DNA of 64,000 nucleotides, from positions 72,618-136,617 of the forward strand of contig NZ_DALZOY010000001.1 in NCBI RefSeq assembly GCF_032018205.1, written 5' to 3'. Below are positions 44,021 to 51,826 of the stretch, piece after piece (position 1 is the stretch's first letter; each line of letters opens with the position of its first letter). The notes under the pieces were generated by a model. It had not been told where the DNA came from. It saw only the letters and a list, made by a program, of their open reading frames with translations, and did not search any database. The stretch is from Oscillibacter sp. Its GTDB lineage: Bacteria; Bacillota; Clostridia; Oscillospirales; Oscillospiraceae. The position numbers and the translations under genes are program-made.

Positions 44021-44737
44021 ATGCCCGCCAACAAAAAGTCTACCAATAAAACGGCTCACGTGCTGAATGTCATCACGGCAGGCCGGGCAACGGCTGAGGA
44101 AGTAGCCCCCGCTTCGCTGGCTTCTCCGCCTGCGGCAACGGTCGAGGCCGTTACCCCGCCGCCTGTCATCGCGCCGCCGCCGGTCATTGCGCCGGTTGTT
44201 CCCATGGTGGAGGTGGAGCACGCCCCCGAGGAGCTTTCCAATCAGATTCGGGAGGCCCTGCGGGAGGAGGTGGAGCGGGCGGAGAGCGACACGTTTTCTG
44301 TCCTTCAGCCGGAGGTTATTAAGACGGGAGATTACGAGTTGCCGTCCAGTTCGTCTTCGCCCACCGCGTCTTCGGCTGCTGTGCCGCCTATTTCTTCCAT
44401 CGGACGGCGCACACCCGTGAGGTCCGCACAGCCAATGCTTGCCGGAGAGCCTCAGGCCCCGTCAGGTACGGGAGATGAGAGTGAGTACGTCAACGTCATG
44501 CAGGCGCTGGTGCGGGAAAAAGTGCCTAAATATATCAAGCTTCTGGGCGTTTGCCCGTGCAGCCGGTGTCAGGCGGATGTGGAGGCGTTGGCGCTGAGCC
44601 ATCTGGAGCCAAAGTACATTGTACTGCAAAAATGCCAGAGGTTTCCTTACTCCGTGTATGAAAACCACTATAACGCCGCAGTCACATCCCAGATCATCTC
44701 CGCCTGCCGCGTGGTGATGGAAAATCCCAGACATTGA
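44021..44737 (+). CDS. ComFB-domain protein with Lys-rich N-terminus and Pro/Ala-rich disordered linker
   Basis: AGGAGG RBS. The C-terminal ~85 aa read YVNVMQALVREKVPKYIKLLGVCPCSRCQADVEALALSHLEPKYIV...SQIISACRVVMENPRH. This matches the ComFB fold family (CxCxxC, LxPxY and a terminal PRH). The N terminus is MPANKKSTNKTAH. A tandem PPVIAPPPVIAP follows. Confidence 0.8.
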   Translation: MPANKKSTNKTAHVLNVITAGRATAEEVAPASLASPPAATVEAVTPPPVIAPPPVIAPVVPMVEVEHAPEELSNQIREALREEVERAESDTFSVLQPEVIKTGDYELPSSSSSPTASSAAVPPISSIGRRTPVRSAQPMLAGEPQAPSGTGDESEYVNVMQALVREKVPKYIKLLGVCPCSRCQADVEALALSHLEPKYIVLQKCQRFPYSVYENHYNAAVTSQIISACRVVMENPRH

Positions 44738-44748
44738 CCGTTTTTTAG

Positions 44749-44784
44749 AAAGACCGCCGCCCGGCTGGGTGGCGGTCTTTTTTT
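44749..44784 (+). terminator. Rho-independent terminator after the ParA-ComFB pair
   Basis: AAAGACCGCC / GGCGGTCTTT stem followed by TTTT. Confidence 0.75.
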
Positions 44785-44996
44785 ACGGGAGCGGTGGGCA
44801 GCACCAATCTGTCTGCCTATGGTGTTGCCCTGCTTTTTTGGGAGCGCTGGGCTTGCGGACGGTTGTCCGGAAATATCGGAGCTGCTTCTGCGGTTTCATC
44901 TGAAAACAATCTGTCAATATGCGGCAAAGCTCCCCTCTGTTCGACAACAGAGGGGAACCTTTTATTGAAATATTACAAATTGTATTGAAACAAGCT

Positions 44997-45926
44997 TTAA
45001 AATGACACAATTTCCTGTCGGGGTTTCTTGCCGTCCGCCACCGAGACGATGTGCATCACCGGACCGGGACCCTTGTAGGCGGGGTGCTCCTCCACGTCCA
45101 TTTTGGCCGTAATTTCCATCCAGTCGTGATTTTTGAAGCGGTCAAGTCCCTCGCCGCGGGCAATCAGGCCCAAGAAGGTCACGTCCTTCTCACAGCACAC
45201 CATGGCAAATCGGCCCGGACAGTCTATACCGGGATACTGGGAGGAGTGGCACATTACCACCATCATGTGGACCAGCTTGCCCCGATACCGGTCGGGGTGG
45301 TCCATCACGTCCACATACCACACGCCGAAGTCCTCGTCGGGGATGTCGATGACCTCCTGCGTCATGTCAAAGGGGCACTCGTCGCCGGTGAGATAGTCCT
45401 CGCTGGTGCCGTCTGCATTCTCCAGATAGATGTCCGCACGGCGGTTCACCATCCGCAGGTTGCGCTTGCGCAGGCTTTCCCGCAGCTCCGGGGTGCAGCG
45501 GTTGAAGACCAGCATGTCCGCGCCTGTAATCTTCTCCATCATAAGCTGCCCCATGTTTTTGGCATAGGCTTCAAAGGTGGAGGCCTGCACCATGCACATA
45601 ATCTGATACAGCACCCAGTTGGCTGGAAGCACGTCCCGGTAAAGCCGCTCAAGCTGCCACATGCCGTTGTATTCAATCAGCACCTGACGAGGCTTGTACT
45701 TTTTTTCGCACTCCTTCAAAAATGAGCAGGTCAGCGCTTTCTCACTCTCTATGGTCACCACCGTGACATTGGAAAGAGCGGCCTTGTCGTATTCCTCTTC
45801 GCCCTCCTCGCAGCAGAGAAGAAGGGTCTTGTCCTCCTTGGCGAAGCCGTCCTGTAAAATGCCGTTGATAAAATTGGTTTTGCCGCCGTCCAGAAAGCCG
45901 GCGATGAGATAAACGGGTATATCCAT
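44997..45926 (-). CDS. CobW/HypB/UreG-superfamily GTP-binding protein (second, divergent copy)
   Basis: P-loop-like IAGFLDGGKTNFI. Cys-rich C-terminal part (MVVMCHSSQYPGIDCPGRFAMVCCEKD). Tandem with the COG0523-type gene. Confidence 0.7.
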   Translation of the reverse strand: MDIPVYLIAGFLDGGKTNFINGILQDGFAKEDKTLLLCCEEGEEEYDKAALSNVTVVTIESEKALTCSFLKECEKKYKPRQVLIEYNGMWQLERLYRDVLPANWVLYQIMCMVQASTFEAYAKNMGQLMMEKITGADMLVFNRCTPELRESLRKRNLRMVNRRADIYLENADGTSEDYLTGDECPFDMTQEVIDIPDEDFGVWYVDVMDHPDRYRGKLVHMMVVMCHSSQYPGIDCPGRFAMVCCEKDVTFLGLIARGEGLDRFKNHDWMEITAKMDVEEHPAYKGPGPVMHIVSVADGKKPRQEIVSF

Positions 45927-45961
45927 AAATGAAAAATCCTTTACAGCAATTGAAACTTATT

Positions 45962-47116
45962 TTATAGGCCAAACAGCACTTTGAGCTTCGCTTCGTTCAG
46001 CTCCGCACCGATGACACACAGGCGGCCCGTGTAGTCGGGGGCGCCCCGCCGGACCTCCGCCTCCTCGGGCACGAAGTCAAAGTGAAGCCAGCCGCCATCC
46101 GCCGCCGGAAGAATGCCCTTGGCCCGCAGAACCTTGCCAAAGTCGCCGGAGTCCAGCTTTTCCAGAATGGCGCGAATGCTCATTTCTGTGAAGACCTTGG
46201 GTGTCTCCGCACCCCAACTGGTAAACACCTCGTCCGCGTGATGGTGGTGGCAGGAACAATCGGGGTCACTGCACTCGTGCGCATGGTCATGATGGTGTTC
46301 ATGCTCGTGATCGTGCTCATGGTGATGATCGTGCTCATGCTCATGGTCATGATGATGCTCGTGGTGGTGATCATGGCAGGAGCAGTCGGGGTCGCCGCAC
46401 TCGCATTCATGGTCATGATGGTGTTCATGGTCATGGTCGTGATCGTGATGATGCTCGTGCTCATGGGCATCCGCCGTGTGTTCGGCGCGGATGCGCTCCA
46501 GCAGTTCGTCCGCCAGAGATACTTTTTCAATGGCAGAGAGAATGGTTTTGCCGTCCAATTGGTCCCAAGGAGTGGTGAGAATGGCGGCCTGAGGGTTCAG
46601 CTCCCGCAGCATGGCCACGGCGGCATCCAGCTTTTCAGCCGACAGCTTCTGTGTCCGGGAGAGAATAATGGTTCCTGCGGATTCCACCTGATTGTTGTAG
46701 AACTCGCCAAAGTTTTTCATATAGACCTTCACCTTGGATGCGTCCGCCACCGTGACAAAGCTGTTCAGCTCCATGTCGGCGCTCTTGGACACCGTGTCCT
46801 GCACGGCGGCAATCACGTCGCTGAGCTTGCCCACACCGGAGGGCTCGATCAAAATGCGGTCAGGGTGAAACTGCCGCTGCACGTCCTGAAGCGCTTGGCT
46901 GAAGTCGCCCACCAGAGAGCAGCAGATGCAGCCGGAGGACATCTCGGAAATCTGCACGCCGGATTCCTTTAAAAAGCCGCCGTCAATGCTGATTTCGCCG
47001 AATTCGTTCTCAATGAGCACCAGCTTTTCGTCCTGATAGGCCTCGGCCAGCAGCTTTTTGATAAGCGTTGTTTTTCCGGCGCCGAGAAAGCCGGAAATAA
47101 TGTCAATTTTTGTCAT
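45962..47116 (-). CDS. COG0523/CobW-family metallochaperone GTPase with long His-rich insert
   Basis: ORF 45962..47170 with an ATG at 47116. P-loop GFLGAGKTTL, metal motif GCICCS and a His/Asp/Glu-rich tract of roughly 75 aa. The C-terminal domain is CobW_C-like. Confidence 0.9.
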   Translation of the reverse strand: MTKIDIISGFLGAGKTTLIKKLLAEAYQDEKLVLIENEFGEISIDGGFLKESGVQISEMSSGCICCSLVGDFSQALQDVQRQFHPDRILIEPSGVGKLSDVIAAVQDTVSKSADMELNSFVTVADASKVKVYMKNFGEFYNNQVESAGTIILSRTQKLSAEKLDAAVAMLRELNPQAAILTTPWDQLDGKTILSAIEKVSLADELLERIRAEHTADAHEHEHHHDHDHDHEHHHDHECECGDPDCSCHDHHHEHHHDHEHEHDHHHEHDHEHEHHHDHAHECSDPDCSCHHHHADEVFTSWGAETPKVFTEMSIRAILEKLDSGDFGKVLRAKGILPAADGGWLHFDFVPEEAEVRRGAPDYTGRLCVIGAELNEAKLKVLFGL

Positions 47117-47165
47117 GGAATCAAGTCCTTCGCTTTTAAATTTGGGGAGCTGACTAATACCTCGT

Positions 47166-47193
47166 ATCATACCATTTTTTCTTAAAATTGCAA
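47166..47193 (-). promoter_or_regulatory. Candidate sigma-A promoter for the CobW pair
   Basis: The minus strand reads TTGCAA-N16-TATGAT with a TGg extended -10. The -35 element lies inside the AT-rich palindrome AAAATTGCAATGTTT. Confidence 0.4.
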
Positions 47194-47627
47194 TGTTTAT
47201 ATGGAAAATTCATGCCCCGTCCATAAATTTGGACCAAATTTATCCGGTCGGCGGGGAATTTGCTTTCTCTCCGCCAAAGGCCCCAAGGACCCACGGAGAA
47301 GCAAAACGACACTAAGGGAGCACCGTAAAAAAATGCCCTTGCGTCTTCCTGCCGCAATTGGCGTTATGCCAAAATAAACAAAAAGAAAAAGAGAACTAAC
47401 GTTTACGCAATTGGTAAAAATTATAAAATGAGATAAACGGTGCATGCGAAATTGTATAAAACATACAATTGTTGCGAAATTGTGAACCCGTTGTTGCAAC
47501 ATTTCAACGGCGGTGCTAGAATAAAACCGAAAGGGAGCCAATACAGTTCTTCATGAGAGGGTATTTATACGGCTCCGAAAAGCCGCGGAAGAGCCGCGAA
47601 CAAAATGGAAGAGGGGGAAACTAAAAA

Positions 47628-49061
47628 ATGGCAGAGATAATTGCTGAAATTAACGGCAAAATCAATGGCATCGTCTGGGGCATTCCGATGATGATTCTGA
47701 TTATCGGAACCGGCCTTTACCTGACCATCCGCACCGGGTTCCTGCAGTTCTCGAAGTTTGGCTACGCAATGAAGAACACCATCGGAAAGGTCTTTCATAA
47801 GGTGGAGGCCAAAGAGGGCGCGGTAACGCCGCTCCAGGCGCTGACCACCGCGCTGGCGGCCACCGTGGGCACCGGCAACATCGCGGGTGTGTGCGGCGCG
47901 ATCGCCGTGGGCGGTCCCGGCGCGATTTTCTGGATGTGGGTCTCCGCGCTGGTGGGTATGTGCACCAAGTTTGCCGAGGTTACCCTTGCCATCAAATACC
48001 GTGAGCGCAACGATAAGGGCGACTGGGTCGGCGGTCCCATGTATTACATTAAAAACGGTCTGGGCCAGAATTGGAAGTGGCTGGGCACGTTGTTTGCCAT
48101 CTTTGGTATGCTGGCTGCCTTCGGCATCGGCAACATGACGCAGGTGAACACCATCGCCACCACCATCGGCTCCGCCATTGGTGAGTTCGTCACTATGAGC
48201 GATGGCACCATGAATATCGTTTATCTGATTATCGGCATCGCTGTGGCTTCCATTTCCGCGCTGGTATATCTGGGCGGACTGAAGCGTATCGGCAGCGTGA
48301 CCGAGAAGCTGGTTCCTGTCATGGCCATTATTTACATCCTCGGCTGTCTGGCGGTGATTGTCACCAATTCCCAGCATGTCGGGAAGGTTTTCAGCGACAT
48401 TTTTATTGGCGCCTTTAACCCTGCCGCCGTGGTGGGCGGCGCAGCCGGCGTCGGCATCAAGCAGGCCATCACCAAGGGCGTTGGCCGCGGCATCTTCTCC
48501 AACGAGGCCGGTCTTGGCTCCGCTCCTATCGCCCACGCCGCCGCCGACACGGACAGTGCTGTCCGTCAGGGCCTGTTCGGCGTGTTCGAGGTGTTTGCCG
48601 ATACCATCGTGATCTGCACCCTGACCGCGCTGACCGTGATGTGCGCCTATACCGGCGATAACGCCATGTCCATTGAATTTGGACAGTCCGCGGGCGCGGG
48701 CCTGGCGATCTCCGCATTCTCCACCACCTTCGGCGGAAAGGCTGCCGGTGTGGTCGTCGCCATCGGACTGACCCTGTTTGCTCTGTCCACGGTTCTGAGT
48801 TGGGGTCTGTATGGCACCCGCTGCGCGGAGTTCCTGTTCGGCACCAGAATCATCAAGCCGTATCAGGTGCTGTTCTGCCTGTTTATGATTGTGGGTGCCA
48901 CCATGGAGCTTCAGTTGGCATGGGATATTGCCGACACGCTGAATGGCCTGATGGCGATTCCCAACCTGATTGCGCTACTGCTGCTGTCTCCTGTGGTCTT
49001 CAAGCTGGTGAGAGAGTACTTCTCCGACCCGGCCCGGGCGCTGGAGAAAAAAGCAAAGTAA
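47628..49061 (+). CDS. Alanine/glycine:cation symporter (AGCS family)
   Basis: LQALTTALAATVGTGNIAGVCGAIAVGGPGAIFWMW and GIFSNEAGLGSAPIAHAAA are AGCS signatures. Polytopic, 477 aa. Confidence 0.9.
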   Translation: MAEIIAEINGKINGIVWGIPMMILIIGTGLYLTIRTGFLQFSKFGYAMKNTIGKVFHKVEAKEGAVTPLQALTTALAATVGTGNIAGVCGAIAVGGPGAIFWMWVSALVGMCTKFAEVTLAIKYRERNDKGDWVGGPMYYIKNGLGQNWKWLGTLFAIFGMLAAFGIGNMTQVNTIATTIGSAIGEFVTMSDGTMNIVYLIIGIAVASISALVYLGGLKRIGSVTEKLVPVMAIIYILGCLAVIVTNSQHVGKVFSDIFIGAFNPAAVVGGAAGVGIKQAITKGVGRGIFSNEAGLGSAPIAHAAADTDSAVRQGLFGVFEVFADTIVICTLTALTVMCAYTGDNAMSIEFGQSAGAGLAISAFSTTFGGKAAGVVVAIGLTLFALSTVLSWGLYGTRCAEFLFGTRIIKPYQVLFCLFMIVGATMELQLAWDIADTLNGLMAIPNLIALLLLSPVVFKLVREYFSDPARALEKKAK

Positions 49062-49088
49062 GTGATTCAGCCCTTGTGTTTCCGAAAG

Positions 49089-49131
49089 AAAAGCACATCC
49101 TGGCGGCAATGCCGCCAGGATGTGCTTTTTG
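49089..49131. terminator. Bidirectional terminator between symporter and mgtE
   Basis: AAAAGCACATCCTGGCGGC / GCCGCCAGGATGTGCTTTT form a 19-bp perfect stem with loop AAT. A-runs and T-runs flank it. Confidence 0.8.
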
Positions 49132-49225
49132 TCGAGCGGTTTTCCGCAAAAGAGTTTCCAGAACCCTGCCGCCGGAGCGCAGAGAAGAGGCAATGCGAAA
49201 TAACGCTGCTTTAAATGAGGAGCTA

Positions 49226-50614
49226 TCAGCCCAGATGCAGAATGGCTGAGGCAAAAGAAAAGTAAATGGAAAGAGAGATGGCATCTACGATGGTGGTGAT
49301 GATGGGAGAGGCCATCACCGCTGGGTCAAAGCCCACCCGCTTTGCCAGCAGAGGAAGGGCGCAGCCCACCACCTTGGCGGAAAATACTGTGACGATCAAA
49401 GTGGAGCACACAACCAGAGCCACCGTGGGGGTCACGGCGGAATTGTGGAACAGCATCTGATCTATCAAAATCAGCTTGAGAAAGTTGGCTGTGGCCAGCG
49501 TCAGTCCGCACAGCAGGGAAACCCGAATTTCCTTCCAGATGACCCGAAGAATATCGCTGAATGCAATCTCATTCAGTGAAATTCCGCGAATCACAGTAAC
49601 CGCCGATTGGGAGCCGGCATTGCCGCCTGTGTCCATCAGCATGGGGATATAGGCGGTCAGGATGGTCGCGGCGGCCAGCGCGTTTTCAAAGCTGGAAATA
49701 ATCTGCCCTGTAAAGGTTGCGGAAATCATCAGAAGCAAAAGCCACGGAATGCGGGATTTAAACATCTCGAAAATATCGGTTTTCAGATATGGCTTGTCGG
49801 AGGGGAGAATTGCCGCCATCTTTTCGATGTCCTCGGTGACCTCCTCCTGCAAAACGTCCATGGCGTCGTCAACGGTGACGATGCCCACCAGTCGGTTTTC
49901 CGTGTCCACCACCGGCAGAGCCAGAAAGTCGTATTTAGAAAGGGTACGGGCGGTGTATTCCTGATCGTCCAGCGTGGAGACGGAGACGAAGTTGGTCTCC
50001 ATGATGTCTCCGATGACTGCGTCCTCTTCCGCCAGCAGCAGTGTGCGCAGAGAAACCAGACCGATGAGGTGACGGTTGTCATCAATGACATAGCAGATGT
50101 TGATGGTTTCCTTGTCGGGGCCGGTGCGGCGGATGCGCTTGAATGCATCCTCCACGGTCATGGAGGTCTTCAGGTCTACAAACTCCGTGGTCATGATGCT
50201 GCCGGCGGAATCCTCTGGATATTTCAGGATTTCGTTGATGCTCTTGCGCATGTCTGGATCGGAGTGCATCAAGATGCGCTTGACCACGTTGGCGGGCATT
50301 TCCTCAACAATGTCCACCGCATCGTCTAAATACAGCTCGTCCAGCACCTCTTTCAGCTCCGTGTTGGAAAAGCCCTGAATCAAAAGCTCCTGCTCGTCCG
50401 AATCCAGCTCCACAAATACCGCCGCAGCCAGCTCCTTGGGAAGCAGGCGAAAAAGAAGCGGAAGGTCCTCCTCCGAAAGGCCGTCCATCAAAGGGGCAAT
50501 GTCCGCCGCCTCTAGGAGACACAGGAGGTCCCGCAAGGCAGCATACTGTTTTCGGCGAATGAACTCCTCTATTTTTTCGATCAGTTCCATGCGCTTGTTT
50601 TCAAATTCCAACAT
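49226..50614 (-). CDS. mgtE: Magnesium transporter MgtE
   Basis: MgtE N domain (LFRLLPKELAAAVFVELD), a CBS pair, and a TM domain with PMLMDTGGNAGSQS. The RBS is AAAGGAGGAC. Confidence 0.95.
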   Translation of the reverse strand: MLEFENKRMELIEKIEEFIRRKQYAALRDLLCLLEAADIAPLMDGLSEEDLPLLFRLLPKELAAAVFVELDSDEQELLIQGFSNTELKEVLDELYLDDAVDIVEEMPANVVKRILMHSDPDMRKSINEILKYPEDSAGSIMTTEFVDLKTSMTVEDAFKRIRRTGPDKETINICYVIDDNRHLIGLVSLRTLLLAEEDAVIGDIMETNFVSVSTLDDQEYTARTLSKYDFLALPVVDTENRLVGIVTVDDAMDVLQEEVTEDIEKMAAILPSDKPYLKTDIFEMFKSRIPWLLLLMISATFTGQIISSFENALAAATILTAYIPMLMDTGGNAGSQSAVTVIRGISLNEIAFSDILRVIWKEIRVSLLCGLTLATANFLKLILIDQMLFHNSAVTPTVALVVCSTLIVTVFSAKVVGCALPLLAKRVGFDPAVMASPIITTIVDAISLSIYFSFASAILHLG

Positions 50615-50664
50615 ACGCGGGTCCTCCTTTCTTCATATAATCGGCGGGGCAGGCGCCCCAAAAA

Positions 50665-50700
50665 GTAAAAAAATCCCAATCGTCCCGTCCGGTACGATTG
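50665..50700 (-). terminator. Terminator hairpin of the M-box expression platform
   Basis: The minus-strand RNA reads CAAUCGUACC-GGAC-GGGACGAUUG followed by GGAUUUUUUUACUUUUU. It lies between the aptamer and the mgtE start. Confidence 0.6.
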
Positions 50701-50744
50701 AGAAAATCTTTCTCGAAAAACACTGCCGAGAGACAGCTCCGCCT

Positions 50745-50900
50745 CCCCACCGTTCAAGCTTTAGCTTCACAAGGCAGTGAAATTGCATTAGATGATACCT
50801 TAAAGTTCGATATCGCCTGTTCAAACCATCTCATGATGTCTCCATCATTTCGCGGCAGCAACCCATATCCCTGTGGTAGCCTTACCTACCGGACGCTGTT
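50745..50900 (-). promoter_or_regulatory. M-box (ykoK-type) magnesium riboswitch aptamer
   Basis: The minus-strand RNA contains CCGGUAGGUAAGGCUACC, GUUGCUGCCGCGAAAUGAU, GAACAGG, UUUAAGGUAUCAUCUAAUGCA and GUGAAGCUAAAGCUUGAACGG. These parallel the conserved blocks of the B. subtilis mgtE M-box as I recall it (GUUAGGUGAGGCU, GCUGCCC.AAA, AACAG, UAAGGUGAU..UAAUGCA, GUGCUAAAGCUCUACG). It sits upstream of mgtE, the classical context. Confidence 0.8.
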
Positions 50901-51052
50901 CACTTTTCTCTCTTATAGTATGCCAAAAAAGCCGCTGTGTCAACCGGTAGAGCTGTAAAATTGGAGAAAAGAAAAAATTAAGGTGGAAGCCGCCCGCTTC
51001 GCCGCGGCACGGCAAGATTTCAGCAAGACAAACGTTTGTACGATAAAAGCGC

Positions 51053-51081
51053 TTGTGGGATCACAAAGCGTATGATATAAT
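51053..51081 (+). promoter_or_regulatory. Candidate sigma-A promoter for radC-uvrB
   Basis: TTGTGG-N17-TATAAT with a TGa extended -10, about 45 nt upstream of radC. Confidence 0.4.
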
Positions 51082-51127
51082 AGTATACCTGTAAATCTCA
51101 AAGAATAACGCTGCGGGGGGGGAGCCC

Positions 51128-51802
51128 ATGGGAATCCATGACGGACACCGGGAAAAGATGCGCCGGCGCTTTCTGGAAACGGGTCTTGCGGGCTTTGCCG
51201 ACCACGAGGCGCTGGAGCTGCTTTTATTTTACGCCATTCCCCGCAGGGATACCAACGCTTTGGCCCATGTGCTTTTGGAACGGTACGGCTCTTTGGGGGC
51301 GACGCTCACCGCCCCGGTGGAGGACCTTCAAAAGGTGGACGGCGTGGGTGAGAGCGCGGCGCTGCTGCTGCGGCTGGTACCCATGCTGACGGAGCGGAGC
51401 AGAGAAAAGGAGAGCGCGCCGGTGATTCTCAACTCCACGGAGCGGGCGGGGGAATACCTCCTTCGCCGGTTTGACGGAAAAAAGTACGAGCTGGTCTATG
51501 AGCTGTGTCTGGACAGAAAGGGAAAGCTTTTGGTGAGTAAACTTTTGACCGAGGGCGACGTGAACGGGGCGGAGCTGAACATCCGCAAGCTGGTGGAAAA
51601 CGCTCTGCTTGCCAATGCCAGCGCCGTGATTCTCTCCCATAACCACCCCAGCGGCGTGGCGCTGCCCTCCGGAGAAGACTTTGCAACCACCGACCGGGTG
51701 CGTATGGCGCTTGAAGGCGTGGGCATCCAGTTGGTGGACCACATCATCGTGGCGGACGGGGATTTCGTTTCCATGCGGGACTCCGGCTATTTCACAACCT
51801 GA
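51128..51802 (+). CDS. radC: RadC-family JAB-domain protein
   Basis: GFADHEALELLLFYAIPRRDTN, a helix-hairpin-helix-like segment and the JAMM motif AVILSHNHPSG...PSGEDFATT. Confidence 0.9.
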   Translation: MGIHDGHREKMRRRFLETGLAGFADHEALELLLFYAIPRRDTNALAHVLLERYGSLGATLTAPVEDLQKVDGVGESAALLLRLVPMLTERSREKESAPVILNSTERAGEYLLRRFDGKKYELVYELCLDRKGKLLVSKLLTEGDVNGAELNIRKLVENALLANASAVILSHNHPSGVALPSGEDFATTDRVRMALEGVGIQLVDHIIVADGDFVSMRDSGYFTT

Positions 51803-51826
51803 TAAAACCGCCCAAAAGGAGGGCTT

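Noticed and set aside
47117-47200. A Zur box upstream of the COG0523 gene.
   Set aside because: No TCGTAAT-N-ATTACGA-like sequence is present, only an AT-rich ATTGCAAT-centred palindrome of unknown meaning.
47480-47627. A glycine riboswitch upstream of the alanine/glycine symporter.
   Set aside because: ACCGAAAGGGAGCC loosely resembles ACCGAAGGGGC. The paired GGAGAG / CUCUCAGGCAAAAGGAC elements and the second aptamer are not there.
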